Assembly (NCBI GenBank): GCA_963817575.1
Contig: CAWFOY010000003.1
Coordinates: 1,680-65,679, forward strand
Reading direction: 5' to 3'
Length of the DNA stretch: 64,000 bases
Source of the DNA: an uncultured Gemmatimonadales bacterium
GTDB taxonomy: Bacteria; Gemmatimonadota; Gemmatimonadetes; Gemmatimonadales; GWC2-71-9
In this document: piece after piece, positions 19,476-28,472 of the stretch
Position numbering within the stretch: position 1 is the stretch's first letter
How the letters are laid out: every line of letters starts with the position of its first letter
The notes under the pieces: model-generated
The model's database searches: none
Seen by the model: the letters and a program-made list of their open reading frames with translations, nothing else
Told to the model about the DNA's origin: nothing
Translations under genes and position numbers: made by a program

Positions 19476-19769
19476 ATGATTCCTGGCCTCCGTTACTGGA
19501 TCCTGATCTGGTACGGCTTTCTCCTCGTGGGTCTCCTCGGCATGGCATGGTCCATCCACGACAACATTCAGGTGCGCTGGCGGCACCTGGATGAGCTCTT
19601 CCGTGCTATCGGCACGGCGGCCGTGGCCACCGGGATGCTTCTCCTCCTGTACGGCCTGGCCACCCGGCTGGGGCAGATGCTTCTGGTTCTCGCGCTGGGA
19701 CTGTTTGTCAGCGCGTTCGTCTATGGCCGTAGGAAGCGCGGCCCACCTCCGGCAGCGCCTGCCCCCTAG
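19476..19769 (+). CDS. Small membrane protein (3 predicted TM segments), unknown function
   Basis: An internal ATG 19476 in the track ORF 19116..19769 gives MIPGLRYWILIWYGFLLVGLLGMAWS..AVATGMLLLLYGLA..LLVLALGLFVSAFVYG. The upstream part of the ORF is Arg/Pro-rich and looks non-coding. Confidence 0.45.
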   Translation: MIPGLRYWILIWYGFLLVGLLGMAWSIHDNIQVRWRHLDELFRAIGTAAVATGMLLLLYGLATRLGQMLLVLALGLFVSAFVYGRRKRGPPPAAPAP

Positions 19770-19834
19770 CAGGCCCCTTGCGCCGGTTCCCGGCAGGGCC
19801 GAAGTTGCCGGAAACCGGACGGAACCAGGCCTCG

Positions 19835-20350
19835 ATGATCCACCACCACCATTCCAGCCCGCGGGAAGGTGTCACGGCCGGTCTCCTCGGCGCCGCGACG
19901 GTCGCCCTGGTTTTCCTGGTCCGCGACGTGGTGCGGGGCGTCCCCCTGTTGACCCCCAGCGTGCTGGGTCAGGTCATCGCGCTCGGCGAGTCGTATCCCG
20001 TGACGGACAGGGCCCGGATCGGCCCCGCGCTCGCTTACACCGGCATTCACCTCATCGCGTTCGTCCTTTTCGGGCTGCTGCTCGCGGGACTCGTCCGGCT
20101 GGCGGTCACGCAGCCGGCGTTCCGCTTCGCCCTGATGATCCTCTTCGTCGCGTTCGAAGTGTTCTTCGCCGGCGTGGCATTCATGCTGCACGAATCCACG
20201 CGCGAGCTCTTTCCGCTGGGCCTCATCCTCGTAGCGAATGCAATGGCTGCGGTGGTGATGGGCCTCTACATGTGGCGTCACCACCCCGCCCTGCGCCGGG
20301 CGATGCGGCGCGATCCTCTCGGTATGAACCCTCCGGAAGGCCACCGATGA
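19835..20350 (+). CDS. 4-TM membrane protein with an N-terminal His4 run (MIHHHHSSPREGV..), unknown function
   Basis: 171 aa from ATG 19835 with four clear hydrophobic helices. The C-terminal motif is WRHHPALRRAMRRDP. It is a tandem paralogue of the next gene. Confidence 0.6.
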   Translation: MIHHHHSSPREGVTAGLLGAATVALVFLVRDVVRGVPLLTPSVLGQVIALGESYPVTDRARIGPALAYTGIHLIAFVLFGLLLAGLVRLAVTQPAFRFALMILFVAFEVFFAGVAFMLHESTRELFPLGLILVANAMAAVVMGLYMWRHHPALRRAMRRDPLGMNPPEGHR

Positions 20351-20862
20351 CTCATCATCACCACTCAAGTCCCAAAGAAGGCGTCATCGCCGGGCTGCTG
20401 GGCGCCGGTGCGGTGGCGCTGCTGTTCCTGATTCGCGACGTGATCCAGGGCGTCCCGTTCCTGACTCCAAGCGTGCTGGGCCAGGTCATTACGCTCGGCG
20501 TATCGACGCCGGTCACCGACCGCGCACTTCCTGGCGCGGTGCTGGCCTATACCGGTCTTCACCTCGTCGTTTTCATCGTGTTCGGACTCCTGCTGGCGGG
20601 TTTCGTGCGGGTCGCGACGACGCAACCCTCATTCCGGTTCGCGATGGTGGTGCTCTTCATCTTCTTCGAGTTCTTCTTTGCAGGACTTGCCTACATGCTG
20701 CACGAGTCCACCCGGGCCCTCTTTCCGCTCGGACTGGTGCTCCTCGCGAACCTGGTAGCGGCGATCGTCATGATGACCTACCTCTGGCGGCATCACCCGG
20801 CGCTGCGCCGCGCGGTCCGGCGGGACCCCTTCGGCATGGGGACATCAGGCGGGCATCACTGA
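20347..20862 (+). CDS. 4-TM membrane protein with an N-terminal His4 run (MTHHHHSSPKEGV..), paralogue of 19835..20350
   Basis: 171 aa with an ATGA overlap onto the previous gene. It is collinear with its paralogue over the full length and roughly two-thirds identical by eye. Confidence 0.6.
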   Translation: MTHHHHSSPKEGVIAGLLGAGAVALLFLIRDVIQGVPFLTPSVLGQVITLGVSTPVTDRALPGAVLAYTGLHLVVFIVFGLLLAGFVRVATTQPSFRFAMVVLFIFFEFFFAGLAYMLHESTRALFPLGLVLLANLVAAIVMMTYLWRHHPALRRAVRRDPFGMGTSGGHH

Positions 20863-20936
20863 GGCGCCAACCGCCCCAATTCACGCCCCGGCCCTGCCGG
20901 GGTTACTTTTTCCCCACTCCCTGACCCACGGTCTCG

Positions 20937-23465
20937 GTGCCCAGACTCCCAGCCCGCGCGGCGCTCGCCGCCACCTTCCTGCTTGCCGCCGCGCCACTCC
21001 GCGCGCAGCTCGAGCCGCCCTCCACGGGCGGCGCTGCCGCGCTGGAGCACGCCCTCCGTATGCTTGGCCACACCAAGCGGGTGCTGGTGATCGGCGCCCA
21101 CCCGGACGACGAGGACACCGAGCTCATCACCCTGCTCGTCCGGGGAATGGGCACGGAAACCGCGTACCTGTCTCTTAATCGTGGGGAAGGGGGCCAGAAC
21201 CTCATCGGTCCGGAGCTGGGCGACGCGCTGGGCGTGCTTCGGACCGAGGAGCTGCTCAGCGCCCGCCGCCTGGACGGGGCCCGGCAGTTCTTCACCCGCG
21301 CGTTCGACTTCGGGTATTCCAAGACGCTCGATGACACCTGGGCCCACTGGCCGAGGGATTCCGTGCTCAAGGACGTCGTCCGCGTCATCCGCGCGTTCCA
21401 GCCGCAGATCGTCGTGTCGATCTTCACCGGGACGCCCCGTGACGGCCACGGCCAGCACCAGGCTGCGGGCTGGGCCGCGCTCAATGCCTTCGACGCCGCG
21501 GCCGATTCCTCGCGGTTCCCCGAGCTGGCACGCGAGGAGGGGCTCGGGCCCTGGAGGCCGCTCAAGCTTTTTCGGACGACGCGGTTTGATACGACGGCTA
21601 CCACCCTCACGCTGCAATCGGGCGTCCTGGACCCTGCGGTCGGCCAGTCGTACCACCAGGTCGCCATGCGGGGGCGGAGCCGCCATCGCTCGCAGGACAT
21701 GGGCGTGCTGCAGCGGCCGGGCCCCTCGGTCACCCGGCTCGCGCTGGTCGCCGACCGGACCGGGCGCGGTGGTGGCGGGCTGTGGGACGGAATCGACACG
21801 CTCGTCCCGCTGGGTAGTCTGGACGACGCGGCCACACCAGCGGCCCTCGCGGCCCTTGATGGCGCCATCGCGCGTGATCGCGCGGCCGGACGGCACCCAC
21901 CCGCATCGATCGTCGATTATCGCGCCCGGGTGAACGAGGCCCAGGTGCTGGACCGGCGGCTCGTACTGGATGCGATCGCCGCGGACGGCCGGGTGACGAC
22001 GGGCCAGGAACTCGAGGTGGCCGTCTCGCTCTGGAATGCGGGGGAGGCGCCGGTGGACGCCCGCCTCGGACTGGAGGGCGTGGCGACCGCGGCGACCGAG
22101 CCCGTGCGCGTGGCCCCGGGGGAAATGGTGACGCGGACGCTGGTCGTCACCATCCCGGCGGATGCGTCGAGCGAGCCGTACCACCTTCGGCTCCCTCGCG
22201 CCGGATGGCTCTACCGTTGGAACGGCGCCGCTGATCGCGGTGCGGCCACCGAGCCGCCGCTTTTGACCGCCGTGGCCAGGGTCGATGGTGGAGTGATCGT
22301 GCGGCGGGAGGTGACCTACCGCTGGAACGATCAGGCGAGCGGCGAGAAACGGGAGCCGATGCTCGTCGTTCCCCGGGTGGGGGTGGCGCTCGACCGCGAC
22401 CTGATTGTCCACTCCCTCGACTCACGCGAGCCGCACTCCTTGACCGTGACGCTGGTGCACGGGGGACGCGACACGACCCAGGGGGAGCTTCGCCTGGAGG
22501 TGCCTGCGGGGTGGCCGGCACCGGTTCCACAGCGCTTCCGGCTGACGCGGGAGGACGAGCGCGCCACCTTCACGTTCCGCCTGGTGGTGCCGGCCGGACT
22601 TCGCGCGGGCTCTGCCGAGGTCCGCGCCGTCGCGGTCATCGCCGGCGGCACCCACTACGACACCGGGCTGCAGGAGATCACCTACGATCATATCCGGCGG
22701 CGCGCGATCACCCGCCCCGCGGTCGCGACCGTCCGCCTGCTTCCGCTGACGCTCCCCACCTTGTCGCTGGTCGGCTATGTGCGTGGCGCGGCGGATCGCG
22801 TCCCCGAGGCCCTGCGCGACCTGAGCATCCCGCTGGTCGAATTGTCGGCCGACTCCCTCGAGCGGGGCGATCTCAGCCGCTACTCCGCGATCGTGATCGG
22901 CCCGCGCGCCTACGAGACGATGCCGGCCCTCACGGCCCAGAACGACCGCATTCTCGAGTTCGCCAGGCGCGGCGGCCTGGTACTCGTTCAATACCAGCAA
23001 TACACCTATTTCCAGGGACGGTTTGCACCGTATGCGCTGGCGGTGGGCGGGCAGCCCCTGCCCACGGACCTTACCAGGCTGCCGCAGGCGGGCACCACCC
23101 GGGGCAGCCCCTTGCCGGACCGGCACGACCGGGTGGCGGACGAGCTGGCGCCGGTACGGATTACCGATCCGGCGAATCCGGTCGTGCGGAGCCCGAATGC
23201 AATCGGGTCGACCGATTGGGACGGCTGGGTGCAGGAGCGCGGACTCTATTTCGCCAGGGAGTGGGACGCCTCTTTCCGTCCCGTGCTCGAGATGCATGAT
23301 CCGGGAGAGCCGCCCCTCCAGGGCGGGCTGCTGGTCGCGCGCTACGGCAAGGGGACCTACGTGTACACCGGTCTGAGCTTCTTCCGCGAGCTTCCCGCCG
23401 GCGTGCCGGGGGCCTTCCGGCTGTTTGCCAACCTGCTCGGTCTGGGCGCGGCTCCCGCTCCCTGA
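20937..23465 (+). CDS. Large secreted PIG-L/LmbE-family deacetylase domain protein
   Basis: 842 aa with a signal peptide. The N-terminal ..VLVIGAHPDDEDTELITLLV..YLSLNRGEGGQN..EELLSARRLDG..FDFGYSK..RDGHGQHQA is the LmbE/PIG-L zinc deacetylase signature. It has a long C-terminal extension. Confidence 0.75.
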   Translation: MPRLPARAALAATFLLAAAPLRAQLEPPSTGGAAALEHALRMLGHTKRVLVIGAHPDDEDTELITLLVRGMGTETAYLSLNRGEGGQNLIGPELGDALGVLRTEELLSARRLDGARQFFTRAFDFGYSKTLDDTWAHWPRDSVLKDVVRVIRAFQPQIVVSIFTGTPRDGHGQHQAAGWAALNAFDAAADSSRFPELAREEGLGPWRPLKLFRTTRFDTTATTLTLQSGVLDPAVGQSYHQVAMRGRSRHRSQDMGVLQRPGPSVTRLALVADRTGRGGGGLWDGIDTLVPLGSLDDAATPAALAALDGAIARDRAAGRHPPASIVDYRARVNEAQVLDRRLVLDAIAADGRVTTGQELEVAVSLWNAGEAPVDARLGLEGVATAATEPVRVAPGEMVTRTLVVTIPADASSEPYHLRLPRAGWLYRWNGAADRGAATEPPLLTAVARVDGGVIVRREVTYRWNDQASGEKREPMLVVPRVGVALDRDLIVHSLDSREPHSLTVTLVHGGRDTTQGELRLEVPAGWPAPVPQRFRLTREDERATFTFRLVVPAGLRAGSAEVRAVAVIAGGTHYDTGLQEITYDHIRRRAITRPAVATVRLLPLTLPTLSLVGYVRGAADRVPEALRDLSIPLVELSADSLERGDLSRYSAIVIGPRAYETMPALTAQNDRILEFARRGGLVLVQYQQYTYFQGRFAPYALAVGGQPLPTDLTRLPQAGTTRGSPLPDRHDRVADELAPVRITDPANPVVRSPNAIGSTDWDGWVQERGLYFAREWDASFRPVLEMHDPGEPPLQGGLLVARYGKGTYVYTGLSFFRELPAGVPGAFRLFANLLGLGAAPAP

Positions 23466-24541
23466 TGCCTCGGCTCATCCGCCGCTGCGCCCTGACGGCA
23501 TTCGCGGGTCTCTTCCTCCACGGTACGGGGTGCGTGGCGGATCGTCGCACACCGGTCGTCGTCTATTCGCCGCACGGACGGGACCAGCTGAAGCTGCTCG
23601 AGGCGGCCTTCGAGGCGGAGCATCCCGAGGTAGACGTCAGATGGCTCGACATGGGGAGCCAGGAAATCCTGGACCGGCTTCGTTTCGAGCGGGTGAACAC
23701 GCAGGCAGACGTGTGGTTCGGCGGGCCGACCACCATCTTCGCGCGGAGCCTGCACGACTCACTGCTGCAACCGTATCGGCCCTCCTGGGCGGGAGCCGTC
23801 GGCCCGGACGGCGTCGGGCCGGACGACATGTACTGGCCGGTCTACCGCACCCCGGCGGTCATCGCTTACAACAGCGTGGCGGTGCCCGATTCCGAGGCCC
23901 CGGCCGACTGGGACGACGTGCTCGCCCCGCGGTGGCACGGCAAGATCCTGATCCGGGATCCGATGGCGAGCGGCACCATGCGCGCGATCTGGGGATTCAT
24001 CATCGAGCGCAGCCTCCAGGCCACCGGAGACACGACAGCGGCGATGGCGTGGCTCCGGCGGCTCGATGGCAGCACGAAGACCTATGCCCTCAACCCGGCC
24101 ATTCTCGACCAGAAACTCGCGCGCCAGGAGGGGCTGGTGACGCTCTGGGATCTGCCGGACATTCTCATCAGTCAGGGGAAGGGCCTGCCGTTCGGCTGGC
24201 GATTCCCCACGAGTGGCACGGTCGTCATCGATGATGCGATCGGTCTCGTGCGCGACGCGCGCCACGTGGAGGCCGCGAAAGCCTTCATTGACTTCGTCGG
24301 GGAGCCGCCGGCACTCCTGCTCGCGGCGCGTCGTGTGTATCGGCTGCCCGCGCGGCTGGACCTGCCGGACGATTCCCTGCCTCCGTGGGTGGCGGAGGTG
24401 GAGCGCACCATGGTCGTGGCGCCGATGGACTGGGAGCTGCTCGCGCGGGAAGGTCCGGCGTGGATGGGGTACTGGGACCAGCATGTGCGCGGGACGGGAA
24501 AGTACCTGACCCGCCGGCCCGCTGACCCGCCGACCCGCTGA
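23465..24541 (+). CDS. ABC transporter periplasmic substrate-binding lipoprotein (Fe3+/FbpA-type family 1 SBP)
   Basis: 358 aa. A lipobox-like ..LHGTGC is followed by ..VVVYSPHGRDQLKLLEAAFEAEHPEVDVRWLDMGSQEILDRL..ADVWFGG.. It is the first gene of an SBP-ATPase-permease set. Confidence 0.7.
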   Translation: MPRLIRRCALTAFAGLFLHGTGCVADRRTPVVVYSPHGRDQLKLLEAAFEAEHPEVDVRWLDMGSQEILDRLRFERVNTQADVWFGGPTTIFARSLHDSLLQPYRPSWAGAVGPDGVGPDDMYWPVYRTPAVIAYNSVAVPDSEAPADWDDVLAPRWHGKILIRDPMASGTMRAIWGFIIERSLQATGDTTAAMAWLRRLDGSTKTYALNPAILDQKLARQEGLVTLWDLPDILISQGKGLPFGWRFPTSGTVVIDDAIGLVRDARHVEAAKAFIDFVGEPPALLLAARRVYRLPARLDLPDDSLPPWVAEVERTMVVAPMDWELLAREGPAWMGYWDQHVRGTGKYLTRRPADPPTR

Positions 24542-24547
24542 GGTTTT

Positions 24548-25600
24548 ATGGCCTTTCTCCAGCTGGACGGGCTGACCAAGACTTTCACGGGGCATCGCGC
24601 GGTGGACGGGCTGTCGCTCTCGCTCGCGCGCGGGGAGGTGCTCGCCCTGCTCGGGCCAAGCGGAAGCGGGAAGACGACAACCCTGCGGCTCCTGGCGGGA
24701 TTCGAGACGCCCGACGCCGGGCGGGTGGTCGTGGACGGCGAGGATGTGACGGCGACGCCGCCGGTCCGTCGCCGGTTCGGCATGGTCTTCCAGCACTACG
24801 CGCTCTTCCCTCACCTCGACGTCGGAGAGAATGTTGCGTTCGGTCTCGAGAGCCTCGGTGTGCGCGGGGCCGCCCTGGCGGCGCGGGTTGCCGCCGCGCT
24901 CGCACTCGTCGACCTCACCGGATTCGAGCGCCGGCGGGTTGACCAGCTCTCCGGCGGGCAGCAGCAGCGGGTAGCTCTGGCGCGCGCGCTGGCCCCCGAG
25001 CCCCGCGTGCTGCTGCTCGATGAGCCGCTCTCCAACCTGGATCCGGCGCTCCGCGAGCGGACCCGGCGGGAGCTGCGCGGACTGATTCGCCGGGTGGGAA
25101 TCACCGCCGTGATCGTCACTCACGAGCAGGAGGACGCGTTCGATGTCGGAGACCGCGTAGCAGTGCTCCGCGGAGGCCAGTTGATCCAGGTCGGCACCCC
25201 CGATGAGCTCTACGCCAATCCCCGGACGGCCTTCGTGGCGGCCTTCATCGGGCGAGCGAGCGAGATTCCCGCGCGGCTCCTCGCGGCGGATGCCGTCGAG
25301 GTGGAGGGGATCCGGTGGCCGGTGCCGTGGCCGGGCCCGGAGGTCGTCCGGGCCGGCCAGTCGGTTGTCGTGCTGGCGCGGCCGGAGTCCCTCAGGCTCG
25401 GCCCTGAGGACAACGGGCGGGTGCGCGGAATCGTGACCGGGCGCCGCTTCATCGGTCCGACCGCGCATTTCACGGTGCGGACCGATGGCGGCGCCGTCGT
25501 GGAGGTCGCGGCGCTCGCGGGCGCGGCCCGCGAAGGCGACCGGGTGGGGATTGAACCGGCCGGTTCCGGCCTGCATCTCTTTCCCGCGGACGCCTCGTGA
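24548..25600 (+). CDS. ABC transporter ATP-binding protein (FbpC/PotA-like, with C-terminal regulatory domain)
   Basis: Walker A GPSGSGKTT, Q-loop, LSGGQQQRVALARAL, and Walker B LLLDEPLSNLD. Confidence 0.9.
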   Translation: MAFLQLDGLTKTFTGHRAVDGLSLSLARGEVLALLGPSGSGKTTTLRLLAGFETPDAGRVVVDGEDVTATPPVRRRFGMVFQHYALFPHLDVGENVAFGLESLGVRGAALAARVAAALALVDLTGFERRRVDQLSGGQQQRVALARALAPEPRVLLLDEPLSNLDPALRERTRRELRGLIRRVGITAVIVTHEQEDAFDVGDRVAVLRGGQLIQVGTPDELYANPRTAFVAAFIGRASEIPARLLAADAVEVEGIRWPVPWPGPEVVRAGQSVVVLARPESLRLGPEDNGRVRGIVTGRRFIGPTAHFTVRTDGGAVVEVAALAGAAREGDRVGIEPAGSGLHLFPADAS

Positions 25601-27249
25601 AGGGCAGCGCGCGCCTCTGGGCCTGGCTCCTCGTTGCCGGGCTCGCCTGGCTGGTGGTCTACCCGCTGATGCTGGTCATGGTGGACGGCCTCCGGGAGCC
25701 AGGGGAGTGGACGCTGCAGCACGTGGACCGGTTCATCAGCCGCCCCGGCGAATGGCAGGCGCTCTGGGCCAGCCTCTGGCTTTCGCTCGCCAGCGTCGTG
25801 CTGTCGGCGGCCATCGGCGTGCCGCTCGCCTTCCTCTTCGAGCGGGTCGACTTCCCGGGGCGCGTATTCCTGGGGATTCTCGTCGCTCTCCCGGCGGTCC
25901 TGCCGCCGCTCGTGGGCGTCATCGCCTTCCTGTTCCTGTACGGCGAGACCGGCTTCACCGCACGGTTCGTCCAGTGGCTGCTGCGACTGGACGAGCCACC
26001 CTGGCGACTGGCCGGACCCGGGGCGATCCTCCTCGTCCACGCGTACTCGATGTACGTCTATTTCTTCCTCTTCTGCCGTGCCGGCCTCGCCCGGCTCGAC
26101 GGATCGATGCTGGAGGCGGCGCAGGCGCTGGGCGCCGGCCGGTGGCGGACTCTCCGAAGCGTCGTGCTGCCGCATCTGCGGCCTGCGCTGGCGGGCGCCT
26201 CCCTCCTCACATTCATGACTTCCCTCGCCTCCTTCAGCGCGCCGTACATTTTCGGAGGCGGCTACAAGGTGATGACGACGCAGATCGTCTTCACCCGCCT
26301 GAACGGCGACGACCGCCTGGCGATGGTCGAAACCGCGGCGCTGTCACTTCTGGCTCTCGGGGCGCTCTGGGCGTTCCGCCGGGCCGATCCAGGCGGCGCG
26401 CTCGCGGCGGTCGGCAAAGGGACGGCTCCGGCTCTGGCGCGGGTGGGGAGCCCGGGAACGCGGCGCGCCATCGCGGCCCTCGCCTGGGTCCTCGCAGGCG
26501 TCCTGCTGCTTCCGCACCTGACGCTGCTCGTCGTGTCGTTCGTTCCGACCGGCACGTGGACCACGGAACCGATTCCGCCGGCGTACTCGCTGGCCAACTA
26601 TCTTGCCCTGTTTCAGGAGCCCGAGCGATTCCGCCCGCTGGCCAATAGTCTCTGGATGGCGACGCTCGCCACCGGCGTCGCGGCGGCGGTGGCCCTGGGT
26701 GCCGCCTTCCTGGTGGTCCGCCGTCGGGTTGCCACCGGCCGGCTGATCGAGGCGCTCATCGGTCTGCCCTGGGCGGTGCCTGGAACGGTGTTCGCGATCG
26801 CCCTCGCCGCACTCTTCAGCGTCCACGACCCGCTCCGGCTTCGCTTCGTCCTCGTGGGCACGCTCTGGATCCTTCCCCTGGCCTATCTCGTAAGGATCCT
26901 GCCGATCACAGGACGCGCCATATTCGCCGGGTTCCGGCAACTCGATCCTTCGCTCGAAGAAGCCGCGGCCTCGCTTGGGGCCGACCGGCGGCGAACGCTC
27001 CGCCGCGTTGTGCTGCCTGCGCTCCGGCCCGCCCTCGCGGCGGGCGCGACGCTCGCATTCGTCACCGCGCTCGGAGACTTCGTCACGTCCATCATGCTCT
27101 ACACCTACGAGACCCGGCCCATCTCCCTCGAAATCCTCGCGAGCCTGCGCCAGGGTGATGTCGGCGTGGCTGCCGCGAATGGAGTCTTCCTGATGCTGGC
27201 CAGCGCCGTGGTCTTCGCGCTGGGTGCGCGGCGGGAGGTGCGGGGGTGA
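25597..27249 (+). CDS. ABC transporter permease, fused two-domain (FbpB-like)
   Basis: 550 aa with a GTGA overlap. It has two repeats, each carrying the EAA-type loop (..MLEAAQALGAGRWRTLRSVVLP.. and ..LEEAAASLGADRRRTLRRVVLP..). Confidence 0.88.
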   Translation: MKGSARLWAWLLVAGLAWLVVYPLMLVMVDGLREPGEWTLQHVDRFISRPGEWQALWASLWLSLASVVLSAAIGVPLAFLFERVDFPGRVFLGILVALPAVLPPLVGVIAFLFLYGETGFTARFVQWLLRLDEPPWRLAGPGAILLVHAYSMYVYFFLFCRAGLARLDGSMLEAAQALGAGRWRTLRSVVLPHLRPALAGASLLTFMTSLASFSAPYIFGGGYKVMTTQIVFTRLNGDDRLAMVETAALSLLALGALWAFRRADPGGALAAVGKGTAPALARVGSPGTRRAIAALAWVLAGVLLLPHLTLLVVSFVPTGTWTTEPIPPAYSLANYLALFQEPERFRPLANSLWMATLATGVAAAVALGAAFLVVRRRVATGRLIEALIGLPWAVPGTVFAIALAALFSVHDPLRLRFVLVGTLWILPLAYLVRILPITGRAIFAGFRQLDPSLEEAAASLGADRRRTLRRVVLPALRPALAAGATLAFVTALGDFVTSIMLYTYETRPISLEILASLRQGDVGVAAANGVFLMLASAVVFALGARREVRG

Positions 27250-28460
27250 GCGCTCCGGCCCAGCACTCCCGCGATGACTTCCATCGCCTGTTCGCGCTCA
27301 TCACCGCCAACTGCGTGGACATGATCGGCTTCGCGATGGTGCTCCCGCTGCTGCCGTTCTACGCGTTGAACCTGCAGGCGAGCCCGCGGACGATCGGCTG
27401 GATCATCGCCTCTTTTTCGATCGCGCAGCTGGTGTCGGCGCCGTTGTGGGGGCGGGTCTCCGACCGCTACGGCCGACGGCCGGCGCTCCTGATCGGCCTT
27501 ACCGCCTCGGCCGCCGCGTATGTGGTCTTCGGGCTGGCCGAGAGCGTTTGGCTGCTGTTTCTGTCCCGTATCGTGCAGGGCGCAGGCGGCGGCACCACGG
27601 GCGTGGCCCAGGCATATGTGGCGGATACGATTCCGGCTGCCGGACGGGCCCGGGCCCTCGGCTGGCTATCCGCCGCCACTTCGCTCGGCGTGATGATCGG
27701 CCCCGTCATCGGATCGCTTGCCGCCCACTGGGGCCGCGCGGCGCCGGGCTTCGTCGCCGCCGCGCTCTGCTTGTCCAACGTCGTGTACGCCTGGCGGTAC
27801 CTGCCGGAGTCCCGCAAGCCGGGAAGCCAGGGACCGGCGCCCGCCCGCCGTCCGGTCTGGCACGCGGCGTGGACCGTCGTGCGGACGCCGGGCAGCGACG
27901 TTTCGAAGCTCATCTGGATTTACGGAGTAGGGATGCTCGGCTTCACCTGCCTGACCGCGGTGCTTCCGTTGTTTCTGGGCGCCGAATTCGGCGTGAACGA
28001 GAAGACCATCGGGTACTTCTTTCTGTACGTCGGCGCCCTCTCGCTCGTGATGCGGTCGCTTCTGCTCGGCCCGATCGTCGACCGGATCGGCGAGCTCTGG
28101 GCGATGCGCGCGGGCTGTGCCTTCATGATCCTTGGCCTGGCTGCCTACCCCTTCGCACCAACCTTGTGGTCGCTCGCGATCGTCATCCCGTTCGTGCCCA
28201 TCGGGACGGCACTGCTCTTCCCATCCACCACGGCGCTGATGTCGAAGGCCTCACAGAAGGCCGAATTGGGCACCACCATGGGAGTCGCCCAGACCTTCGC
28301 GGGGCTGGCCCGCGTCGCGGCGCCGATTCTGGCCACGCGGGCCTTTCAGGACTACGGGCACGCCTGGCCCTTTTATCTTGCAGCGGCCACGGTCGCCCTG
28401 GTCAGTGTCCTCGCGTTCCGCCTGGGCCACGTGACCGAGGCCGTGCCGACGGCCGCCTAG
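27246..28460 (+). CDS. MFS transporter
   Basis: 404 aa, about 12 TM segments, with the MFS motif A ..GRVSDRYGRRPALLIGL... GTGA overlap with the permease gene. Confidence 0.85.
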   Translation: MSAPAQHSRDDFHRLFALITANCVDMIGFAMVLPLLPFYALNLQASPRTIGWIIASFSIAQLVSAPLWGRVSDRYGRRPALLIGLTASAAAYVVFGLAESVWLLFLSRIVQGAGGGTTGVAQAYVADTIPAAGRARALGWLSAATSLGVMIGPVIGSLAAHWGRAAPGFVAAALCLSNVVYAWRYLPESRKPGSQGPAPARRPVWHAAWTVVRTPGSDVSKLIWIYGVGMLGFTCLTAVLPLFLGAEFGVNEKTIGYFFLYVGALSLVMRSLLLGPIVDRIGELWAMRAGCAFMILGLAAYPFAPTLWSLAIVIPFVPIGTALLFPSTTALMSKASQKAELGTTMGVAQTFAGLARVAAPILATRAFQDYGHAWPFYLAAATVALVSVLAFRLGHVTEAVPTAA

Positions 28461-28472
28461 CAAGGAATCTTC

